Below, in pieces: positions 7,042 to 14,845 of a stretch of DNA of 15,806 nt. Both the position numbers and the translations under genes were made by a program. The DNA is taken from positions 1 to 15,806 of the forward strand of contig JAQWMJ010000014.1 in the NCBI GenBank assembly GCA_029246845.1, given 5' to 3'. The stretch's first letter is position 1; every line of letters starts with the position of its first letter. This stretch comes from Thermodesulfobacteriota bacterium (lineage in GTDB: Bacteria > Desulfobacterota_D > UBA1144). Below the pieces are notes generated by a model that was given only the letters and a program-made list of their open reading frames with translations, did not search any database and was not told the DNA's origin.

Positions 7042-10000
7042 TTGGGGCCAATAGTTTCTAAAAGCTCCTCCTGGAATTCCTCAGAATTATCAACAGTAAT
7101 TCCATTTATTGAGATATTAGCTTTTAGCCCATTATATGTGTAAAAAATCTCAATTGGACTGGTACCTGGAAACTTAGCAAAAAGGTTCTTCAAGTTTTCT
7201 GTTTCTTTGTTGTTCAGATCTTTCTCTAGCTTAATTGCAACAGGAATAGAAATATCTGATATTAATCTTACTGAATCTACTTCGTTGTAGGAATTAATAA
7301 TCAATTTAAAGCTCTCATCATCTCGTTCAACCGAACCGGTTATAAGTATAGGCGCCCCAACTTGTAATTTGGATTCATGCCTCTCAAGCTCCCCACTAAA
7401 AATGATAGCTTCCATAATGTTAGTTGAATCTTCTAGATTTATTAAAGCATATTTACTAGAATTTCTTTTAGATGTTTTAATTTCAATTGAAGTTATAAAT
7501 GCAGCTAAAGTAACAATTTTTTTATTTTGGTAACTTTTAATTTTATCGATAGTTTGATAGGAGATTTGTGACAGCTTATCTTTTACAATATCTAGTGGTT
7601 TTAATTTGATAGAATAACCTAAAGTCTCGATTTCGTTCTTACTAATATCAAAGTCCGACCACTCTTCTTTTACTATAATATTAGGTTCAGTAATTGTTTC
7701 TTCTATGGAAAATAGAGTTTCTTGGTTTGTATCATTAGACTTACTTCTTTGACCTACATAGCTAAGAAGAACATCGAGATTGTCGAATAAAGTTGATCTT
7801 GAATGATTAAAGCAATCAAGTGCCCCCGACATAATTAAACTCTCTAAAGATTTTTTGTTCATTTTTCTAGAATCCATTAATGATAAGAATTGAAACAAAT
7901 TAGAGAATCCTCCCAGCTCATTTCTAATTTCAATAATATTATTGACAATATTGGTCCCAATATTTTTAATTGCATTAAGTCCAAAGCGAATTGATGCTTT
8001 TAATGGAGTAAACCCAGACCCACTCTCATTAATGTTTGGGGGAAGTACTTCTATGCCCATTTCTTTACATTCTCGTATATTTGAAACTATCTTTTCTGAC
8101 AGGTTTATTTCTGATGACATTAATGAAGACATAAATTCACAAGGGAAGTACGTCTTTAAAAAAGCAGTTTGGAAAGTTATATAAGCGTATGCGGTACTAT
8201 GACTTTTATTAAAAGAGTACTCGGCAAATTTTTCCATTGTGTCAAAGATATCTGTAGCAATTTTCTGGGGGATTTTATTCTTTTCAGTACCATCCATAAA
8301 TTTTTGTTTTTGTGCCAACATCTCTGAGGCTTTCTTTTTCCCCATTGCTCTTCTTAGTAAGTCAGCATCACCGAGAGAAAAATTAGCCAAAATAGAAGCT
8401 GTTTGCATAATTTGCTCTTGGTAAACAAAAAGACCGTGAGTTTCCTTGAGTATCTCTTTTAATTCCGGTGTTGGATAGTCAACATTTCTCTTTCCATTCT
8501 TTCTTAAAATATAGTCATCTACCATACCACTATCTAAAGGCCCTGGTCTATAGAGTGCCAAGAGGGCTACAAGGTCATCGAACTTGTCAGCCTTTAGATT
8601 TTGCAATACATCTTTCATTCCACTAGATTCAATTTGAAATATCCCACGAGTTAGTCCTGTAGAAAGTAAATTAAAAATTTTACTATCATTTAAATCCGCC
8701 CTTTTTAACTTTTCATCTATATCTATTGAATTTTTTCTAATAAATTCCTTGGTTTTCTTTATTACAGTTAAGGTTTTAAGACCTAGAAAATCAAATTTAA
8801 CAAAACCTAGGTCTTCAACTGCATTCATATCGTATTGAGTTACTGTTTCACCGCGCGAACCTTTATATAATGGAATCATTTTATCTAAAGATTCATCTGA
8901 AATTACTACACCTGCAGCATGGGTTGAGGAATGTCTAACTGAATTCTCGAGTTTTACTCCTAATTTATAAAGTTCTGCGAATTGCGGCGTTGAGTTTATA
9001 AGAGTTTTAAATTCTTTGATTTTTTTATAGCACTCATCTAGGCTGTATACCTTACCTCTAAAAGAAGGAATTAGATTTGTAATTTTATTTACATCGCCAA
9101 AATTAAATCCCAGAACCCTACCCACATCTTTAATCACGGCCTTTGATGACATGGTTCCAAATGTGCCTATTTGTGCAACTTTATCTTGGCCATATTTTTG
9201 CGTTACATATTTGATTACTTCATCCCTCCCTTCACCACAAAAATCTATATCAATGTCAGGCATTGATATTCTTTCAGGGTTTAGGAATCTTTCGAATATT
9301 AAGCCATGCCGTATAGGGTCAACTTCCGTTATATCTAAAAGGTAAGCTATCAGGCTCCCTGCCGCACTTCCTCTTCCAGGCCCTACTGGAATATTGGATG
9401 ATTTTGCAAATTTGATAAAATCTGATACAACAAGGAAGTATCCTTCAAAGCCCATATTCTTAATAATATTCATTTCATGCTCTATTCTTTTTTTATATAC
9501 GCTGATTTCTGAGTTAGGTATAAGACCTTCTGAGGCTTTAGTATCCAAAGACTCTTCAATCAAAGATTCAAAATTTTCATTGGATAAGATTTTACCATTA
9601 TCAATTTTTGGCAATCTGTAATCAGTCTGATTGAACTCCAGGTTACATCTCTCTGCTATAAGTAAAGAATTCTCTAGTGATTCTTCGTAGTTATCAACTG
9701 CTAGCATCATTTCTTCTCTAGACTTAAGATAAAATTCATTTCCACTGAATCTAAATCTCTTCTCTTCTTTGACTAAGGAGTTTGTTTGTATGCAAAGTAA
9801 AGCGTCATGTGAATCGAAACAATCTTTTGTAAGGTAGTGACAATCATTCGTGGCAACAACAGGTATATTGAGCTTTCTAGCAATATCTCTTAGGGTTGAA
9901 TTAACTCTTATTTGCTCTTTTAGCAAGGTTCCTTGTATCTCAAGAAAATATCTATCACCTAACACATTTTTATACTCGCTGGCTATTTTAAGAGCATCAT

Positions 10001-10454
10001 CTTTTTTTCCTTTTAGAATATTATGACAAACTTCGCTATTTAAACATCCACTTAAAACAATCAGACCTTCACTTTTTTCAAATAAAAGTTCACGATCAAT
10101 TCTTGGTTTTCTATAAAAACCTTCAAGGTGACCCATTGAAACTAAAGAGCAAAGATTTTCGTATCCTCTAAGATTCATACATAAAACAGTTAGGTGATGA
10201 GTTTTATTGTTTTCAGGAGTTTTTTTGGTCCTATCTTTGGTTATATATAGCTCACATCCAACAATAGGCTTGATGTTATTTTTTTTTCCTAGTTTATAAA
10301 AGTCATAAGCACCAAAAAGATTCCCATGGTCAGTAAGCGCCACAGCAGACATTCCTTGCTTGGAAACTTCTTGGAATAATTCATCAAACTTGATTGCCCC
10401 GTCAAGCAATGAATATTGAGAATGGAGGTGTAAGTGCACAAAATCGTTTTTCAT
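7038..10454 (-). CDS. dnaE: DNA polymerase III alpha subunit (DnaE1 type)
   Basis: The ATG at 10454 (MKNDFVHLHLHSQYSLLDGA, 1138 aa) is preferred over the ORF-track TTG at 10478. PHP domain, GPGRGSAAGS, FERFLNPER.SMPDIDIDF, HAAGVVI, KFDFLGL, YSFNKSHS, clamp-binding-like QETLF, C-terminal OB fold. Uninterrupted. Confidence 0.98.
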   Translation of the reverse strand: MKNDFVHLHLHSQYSLLDGAIKFDELFQEVSKQGMSAVALTDHGNLFGAYDFYKLGKKNNIKPIVGCELYITKDRTKKTPENNKTHHLTVLCMNLRGYENLCSLVSMGHLEGFYRKPRIDRELLFEKSEGLIVLSGCLNSEVCHNILKGKKDDALKIASEYKNVLGDRYFLEIQGTLLKEQIRVNSTLRDIARKLNIPVVATNDCHYLTKDCFDSHDALLCIQTNSLVKEEKRFRFSGNEFYLKSREEMMLAVDNYEESLENSLLIAERCNLEFNQTDYRLPKIDNGKILSNENFESLIEESLDTKASEGLIPNSEISVYKKRIEHEMNIIKNMGFEGYFLVVSDFIKFAKSSNIPVGPGRGSAAGSLIAYLLDITEVDPIRHGLIFERFLNPERISMPDIDIDFCGEGRDEVIKYVTQKYGQDKVAQIGTFGTMSSKAVIKDVGRVLGFNFGDVNKITNLIPSFRGKVYSLDECYKKIKEFKTLINSTPQFAELYKLGVKLENSVRHSSTHAAGVVISDESLDKMIPLYKGSRGETVTQYDMNAVEDLGFVKFDFLGLKTLTVIKKTKEFIRKNSIDIDEKLKRADLNDSKIFNLLSTGLTRGIFQIESSGMKDVLQNLKADKFDDLVALLALYRPGPLDSGMVDDYILRKNGKRNVDYPTPELKEILKETHGLFVYQEQIMQTASILANFSLGDADLLRRAMGKKKASEMLAQKQKFMDGTEKNKIPQKIATDIFDTMEKFAEYSFNKSHSTAYAYITFQTAFLKTYFPCEFMSSLMSSEINLSEKIVSNIRECKEMGIEVLPPNINESGSGFTPLKASIRFGLNAIKNIGTNIVNNIIEIRNELGGFSNLFQFLSLMDSRKMNKKSLESLIMSGALDCFNHSRSTLFDNLDVLLSYVGQRSKSNDTNQETLFSIEETITEPNIIVKEEWSDFDISKNEIETLGYSIKLKPLDIVKDKLSQISYQTIDKIKSYQNKKIVTLAAFITSIEIKTSKRNSSKYALINLEDSTNIMEAIIFSGELERHESKLQVGAPILITGSVERDDESFKLIINSYNEVDSVRLISDISIPVAIKLEKDLNNKETENLKNLFAKFPGTSPIEIFYTYNGLKANISINGITVDNSEEFQEELLETIGPN

Positions 10455-10548
10455 TAGGTTCTTGATAATTATAAACAATTAAATAATATTTGAACATAAA
10501 GTTGTTATATAATTGATAATTATTTTATTTGGTACAGAATAAAATTAT

Positions 10549-11484
10549 ATGTTTGAAAAAACTATGGCTTTTTTTAAGTCAGTTAAAGAAAAATTAACTA
10601 AAACGAGTGACACACTCACCTCGTCTATTGTAAAGGTTTTTAAGTCAAAAATTAAGATTGACGACAAAGTTTTAGATGATTTGAGAGAGTCTTTAATACT
10701 AGCAGATGTAAGTTATAAGTCTTCAGAAAGAATAATCTCCAACTTTAAAGATAAAATTAATGAATATGAGACCGAGAAAGAAGTAAACAAAGATTTGTAT
10801 CTTGGTCTTCTTCAGAAAGAAATTCAACTAATGCTTGCAATGGATAATTCATCAATCAATTTAGATTCAAAAAATATCTCAGTAATTATGGTAAGCGGGG
10901 TAAATGGTAGTGGAAAAACTACTACTATTGGGAAGCTTGCCAATATTATCTCTAAAGAAAAAAAAGTGATGATAGTTGCAGGGGATACTTTTCGTGCTGC
11001 AGCAATAGAACAGTTGGAAGTTTGGTCTAAAAGGGTTAGTGTTGATTTTCATTCTAGCGAAGACAAAGATCCAGGTAGCGTAGTCTTTTCTTCTATCGTG
11101 AGAGCAAAAAGTATAGGCTCTGAGGTTGTAATAGTAGATACAGCAGGAAGGCTAGGAAATAACGAGGACCTAATGAATGAGTTGTCAAAAATTCAAAAGG
11201 TAATAGAAAAACAAAGTCATGTGACTTTATCAGAGAATCTTTTAGTCTTGGACGGAACCTCAGGGCAGAATGCATTATCGCAAATAGAAAAGTTTAAATC
11301 TAATGTTGATATTACAGGGATTGTTATTACTAAATTGGATAGTACATCAAAGGCTGGCTTCGCAATATCTGCCTCTTATGATTATAATCTGCCAATAAAG
11401 ATGATTGGCATCGGTGAAAGAGTTGAAGACTTGATACCATTTGATTCGGAAGGTTTTTCCAAGGCACTTCTGGGGTTGAATTAA
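10549..11484 (+). CDS. ftsY: Signal recognition particle receptor FtsY (short NG-only form)
   Basis: GVNGSGKTTTIGKLA, GDTFRAAAIEQL, DTAGR, DGTSGQNA, TKLD, GIGE..EDL.PF. No acidic A-domain and no M-domain, so not Ffh. The true start may be the ATG at 10564 (MAFFKSVKEKL, amphipathic). Confidence 0.96.
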   Translation: MFEKTMAFFKSVKEKLTKTSDTLTSSIVKVFKSKIKIDDKVLDDLRESLILADVSYKSSERIISNFKDKINEYETEKEVNKDLYLGLLQKEIQLMLAMDNSSINLDSKNISVIMVSGVNGSGKTTTIGKLANIISKEKKVMIVAGDTFRAAAIEQLEVWSKRVSVDFHSSEDKDPGSVVFSSIVRAKSIGSEVVIVDTAGRLGNNEDLMNELSKIQKVIEKQSHVTLSENLLVLDGTSGQNALSQIEKFKSNVDITGIVITKLDSTSKAGFAISASYDYNLPIKMIGIGERVEDLIPFDSEGFSKALLGLN

Positions 11485-11489
11485 TTATC

Positions 11490-12566
11490 ATGAAAGAAAG
11501 AGATTTAATGAAGCAGGCATTTGTTCTTGCAAAGAAGGGTAGAACTCTAACAGGTTTAAATCCAATGGTTGGAGCAATTCTTTTAAAATCTAATAAAATC
11601 ATTGGTAAGGGTTTTCATCGGGAATATGGTGGTCCTCATGCAGAAGTAAATGCGATTCAAGATGCAGAATCCAGAGGCATAAGTGTAAAAGGCGCTACTT
11701 TAATTACCTCCTTAGAGCCATGTTGCCATACCAATAAAAAGACGCCTCCATGTACAAATATTATAATAAGTAAAGGTATCAAAGAAGTTTATTATGGTTC
11801 TATGGATATGAATCCTAAAGTTCAAGGTAAGGGAATAGCGAAGCTTAAAAGTAGCAATATTAAGACAGTTTTTATTGATAATCAGAAGAATAACGATGAA
11901 CTTAATCGAGGATTTCTAAAAATAACAGAAAAAAAACTTCCCCACGTAACTTTAAAGATATGTATGTCTTTGGACGGAATGATATTCAATAAGGAATCTA
12001 GCTCAAGTTTAATTGGAGATTTAAAGCAATTAAGGCATTCAAACAATCTACGTGCTAATTATGATTCAATATTAGTCGGTGTTGAAACTATACTGGCCGA
12101 CAATTCTAAACTTACATATAGAGGGTTGGGTTCCAAGAGCTTAAAACAGCCTAGACCCATAATCTTAGATTCTTTACTAAGAACTCCTTTGGATAGTAAA
12201 ATAATAAAGCTAAAAAATAATCCTATTATATTCACCAAGCTGGATGAAGATAGTAAAAAATCTGTCAAACTCACGAAACTTGGATGCACAATTATTAAAT
12301 TGAAGAAACTTGAGCCCAGAATGGTTCTGAAAAGTCTTGTAAAGAATAATTTGCAAACTGTTATGGTTGAAGGTGGAGGGTCAATTTTTACTTCCTTTTT
12401 AAAATCGAATTTATATGACGAACTTATTCTATACTATTCATCTATTTTTATCGGAAACTCAGGCCTAAATCTTGGACACAGTCTAGATAAGGAATATAAA
12501 TTAAAAAAGGATAGTACTAAAATTAAAAAAATTGGAAATTCAACTATGATGGTTTTTAAGAGATGA
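11490..12566 (+). CDS. ribD: Bifunctional riboflavin biosynthesis deaminase/reductase RibD
   Basis: 358 aa. NPMVGA, Zn-deaminase motifs HAE and LEPCCH...TPPC; reductase half K..MSLDG, ILVGVETILADN..LTYR, VEGGG. Confidence 0.96.
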   Translation: MKERDLMKQAFVLAKKGRTLTGLNPMVGAILLKSNKIIGKGFHREYGGPHAEVNAIQDAESRGISVKGATLITSLEPCCHTNKKTPPCTNIIISKGIKEVYYGSMDMNPKVQGKGIAKLKSSNIKTVFIDNQKNNDELNRGFLKITEKKLPHVTLKICMSLDGMIFNKESSSSLIGDLKQLRHSNNLRANYDSILVGVETILADNSKLTYRGLGSKSLKQPRPIILDSLLRTPLDSKIIKLKNNPIIFTKLDEDSKKSVKLTKLGCTIIKLKKLEPRMVLKSLVKNNLQTVMVEGGGSIFTSFLKSNLYDELILYYSSIFIGNSGLNLGHSLDKEYKLKKDSTKIKKIGNSTMMVFKR

Positions 12567-13210
12567 GAGTTGGAGTGTTTGGTGGTTGTTTTAATCCTGT
12601 ACATGTTGGACATTTATCTTTGATAGAGGAAGTGTTAACTAGATTTGAATTGGAAAAAGTATTAGTCGTTCCAAACATGAATCCCTACTATAAAGAACAT
12701 AAAAAAGTAAGTTTTGATTTAATCTCTAAGATGATTAATTTAGCGATAGATGACAAATGGAATTGCGAAATAAGTACTTTAGAATCTGACCCTAATAAAG
12801 ATTACACTACTTATGAAACCCTTAGAGTTCTTGCCGAAGATAATGTTAATAATGAATTATATTTAATACTTGGTAGCGACCAGTTTTTACAGTTTTCAAA
12901 TTGGAAGAATTCAGATGAAATAAAAGATAAGATTAATTTGATAATAGCTCTTAGAGATAACTACAACATAAACATAGAAGATTATATAGATAAGAATATT
13001 CATTATAGCAAATTAGATAGGAGAAATAGGGCCCATATCTTTAAATCGAATAATGATAAAGAATTAATTTTTTATGATTTAATCAAGAAATTCGATATTT
13101 CTTCATCTGTAATCAGGAAAATGTTATCTTTAGGTGCAGTAGATGAGGTTGAGCAATTTCTTACGCCAAGAGTTTTGAATTTTATTTTAGAGAAAGGACT
13201 TTATAGGTAG
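12563..13210 (+). CDS. nadD: Nicotinate-nucleotide adenylyltransferase NadD
   Basis: 215 aa. GVFGGCFNPVHVGH (HxGH), T.ETL, LILGSD.F..F..WK, DISSSVIR, I.EKGLY. ATGA overlap with ribD; followed by rsfS, a widely conserved pairing. Confidence 0.92.
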   Translation: MRVGVFGGCFNPVHVGHLSLIEEVLTRFELEKVLVVPNMNPYYKEHKKVSFDLISKMINLAIDDKWNCEISTLESDPNKDYTTYETLRVLAEDNVNNELYLILGSDQFLQFSNWKNSDEIKDKINLIIALRDNYNINIEDYIDKNIHYSKLDRRNRAHIFKSNNDKELIFYDLIKKFDISSSVIRKMLSLGAVDEVEQFLTPRVLNFILEKGLYR

Positions 13211-13551
13211 TGGATACAAAAAATCTTATAAAACATATCTGTTCTTCTTTGGATACTAGAAAAGCAGAGGATATCTTAGTACTAGACATGCAATCCGTAT
13301 CATCTATTGCTGACTATTTTATTATTGCTAGCGCTGATTCTGAGCGGGCTGTTAAGTCGTTAGCTGAGAATTTAGTAAGAGAAGTAAAAAAGGAATTTAA
13401 ATTAAAAGCCAAAATTGACGGGCTTACAGATAATCGTTGGATCATTATTGATACAGGAGATTTAATAGTCCATATTTTTCATTCAGAAACTAGAGTCAAG
13501 TACGATTTAGAATCCCTTTGGTACGAAGCCAAAAAAGTTTCAGGGATTTAA
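13210..13551 (+). CDS. rsfS: Ribosome silencing factor RsfS (Iojap/YbeB)
   Basis: 113 aa, GTG start sharing 1 nt with the nadD TAG. KAEDILVLD, ADYFIIAS..SER.V, WIIID.GD.IVHIF...R..YDLESLW. Confidence 0.95.
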   Translation: MDTKNLIKHICSSLDTRKAEDILVLDMQSVSSIADYFIIASADSERAVKSLAENLVREVKKEFKLKAKIDGLTDNRWIIIDTGDLIVHIFHSETRVKYDLESLWYEAKKVSGI

Positions 13552-13554
13552 ATA

Positions 13555-14751
13555 TTACTTTTTAGGTTTTCTAATAAAAGCAGGGATTTCAAAGTGCTCA
13601 TCGTCTCCCAGTGGATGCAATTCATCAATTTTGTCGGGTACCGAGTCTTGATCATCATTATTTGTCAAACCTGAAATTTCATCATCAAGGTCTAAGCTGA
13701 TTTGATCTTTGTCCTCAACTTCTTCAACTATTTGAGTAGGAGCATCTGTAGGCCTGGAGTTTCCGTCAATACCAGTTGCTATAACTGTTATCTTCACTTT
13801 ATCACCTAAAACTTCATTAACAACAAGACCAAATATTAATTCTACGCTCGGGTTAGCCTTAGATTTTATATGATTACATGCTTCGTTAAGTTCATCAATT
13901 GTAAAGTTGCTAGAAGCTGAAACATTTATAAGTATTCCAGTAGCCCCTTCGATAGATATGTCTTCCAACAATGGGCTTGTAATGGCATTTTCGGCAGCTT
14001 CTATAGCCCTTGAAGTACCTTCACCTTCACCGGTACCCATTAAAGCTTTACCACCACTTTCTTTCATAATCTTTTTAACGTCAGCAAAGTCAACGTTAAT
14101 AAATCCAGAGCCAACAATAATATCCGCAATACCTCTTACTGCATTTGTCAAAACATCATCAGCTGCTCTAAAAGAATCTAGGATTCCTGAAATCTGTTGC
14201 ACTTCATTTAATTTATCGTTTGGAATAACAATTAGGGAATCAACTGCTTTTGCAAGTTCTTGAATACCAATATCTGCTTGCGATATTCTTCTATTTGCTT
14301 CAAAAGTGAATGGTTTTGTTACTATTGCTACAGTTAGTGCACCGGCATCCTTTGCAAGTTTTGCCACAACAGGAGATGCCCCTGTTCCAGTTCCTCCACC
14401 CATTCCTGCGGTTATGAAAACCATGTCAGAACCTTGTAGAGCTTCTGTTATTTCATTCTGGTCTGCTTTAGCACACTCATTTCCAAGCTCAGGGTTCCCA
14501 CCGACACCCAGCCCTTTTGCGATATTCTTTCCTATCTGAATGACTCGTTTTGCTTGTGACTTTTGTAAATCTTGGAAATCTGAATTTACAGCTATGAATT
14601 CAACTCCTTCAATTTTATCATTAATCATACTGTTTACGGCATTTCCGCCAGCACCACCAACCCCTATAACTTTAATTTTTGCTCCTAAACTATCGAAAAG
14701 ATCTTCTTTAGGTACCCCTGCAATTTCACCGGAAAATTCAAAAGTTGGCAT
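13555..14751 (-). CDS. ftsZ: Cell division GTPase FtsZ
   Basis: 398 aa. IKVIGVGGAGGNAVN, tubulin signature GGGTGTG, T7 loop INVDFADV, acidic linker, conserved C-terminal peptide FEIPAFIRK. Confidence 0.99.
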   Translation of the reverse strand: MPTFEFSGEIAGVPKEDLFDSLGAKIKVIGVGGAGGNAVNSMINDKIEGVEFIAVNSDFQDLQKSQAKRVIQIGKNIAKGLGVGGNPELGNECAKADQNEITEALQGSDMVFITAGMGGGTGTGASPVVAKLAKDAGALTVAIVTKPFTFEANRRISQADIGIQELAKAVDSLIVIPNDKLNEVQQISGILDSFRAADDVLTNAVRGIADIIVGSGFINVDFADVKKIMKESGGKALMGTGEGEGTSRAIEAAENAITSPLLEDISIEGATGILINVSASSNFTIDELNEACNHIKSKANPSVELIFGLVVNEVLGDKVKITVIATGIDGNSRPTDAPTQIVEEVEDKDQISLDLDDEISGLTNNDDQDSVPDKIDELHPLGDDEHFEIPAFIRKPKK

Positions 14752-14756
14752 ATCGA

Positions 14757-14763
14757 CTCCCTT
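14757..14763 (-). promoter_or_regulatory. Shine-Dalgarno site for ftsZ
   Basis: AAGGGAG on the - strand, 5 nt before the ATG at 14751. Confidence 0.75.
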
Positions 14764-14845
14764 ATTAATTACAATATGTAGTGTATTAAATAAAAATAAC
14801 TACTATATTTAGTATTATATAACAAAATAATAGAAAAAGCACTAT

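Noticed and set aside
7041..7052. ATTGG-GG-CCAAT mini-hairpin at the DUF2103/dnaE junction as a terminator
   Set aside because: The stem is too short and weak and has no proper U-tract on either strand.
7942..9621. Four + strand ORFs antisense to dnaE
   Set aside because: Short antisense shadows of the dnaE reading frame with no motifs.
1214..10287. Homopolymer runs (T8 at 1214-1221, T9 at 6562-6570, T9 at 10279-10287) as phase-variation or frameshift sites
   Set aside because: A/T runs of this length are expected at this base composition, all frames are intact, and one lies in essential dnaE.
7038..10454. Intein or split gene in dnaE
   Set aside because: Length is normal, conserved motifs including YSFNKSHS are contiguous, and no intein or homing-endonuclease blocks are seen.
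10455..10478. ORF-track N-terminal extension of DnaE (MFIIIKNL) from the TTG at 10478
   Set aside because: DnaE homologues begin a few residues before FVHLH; the ATG at 10454 fits, and the extension overlaps the candidate -10.
10519..10548. Imperfect 30-bp palindrome ATTATTTTATT-tgGTACag-AATAAAATTAT before ftsY
   Set aside because: The arms are entirely A/T in a very AT-rich spacer, so it cannot be told from chance without conservation data.
11093..12289. Three - strand ORFs over ftsY/ribD
   Set aside because: Antisense to well-supported genes, short, and without recognisable domains.
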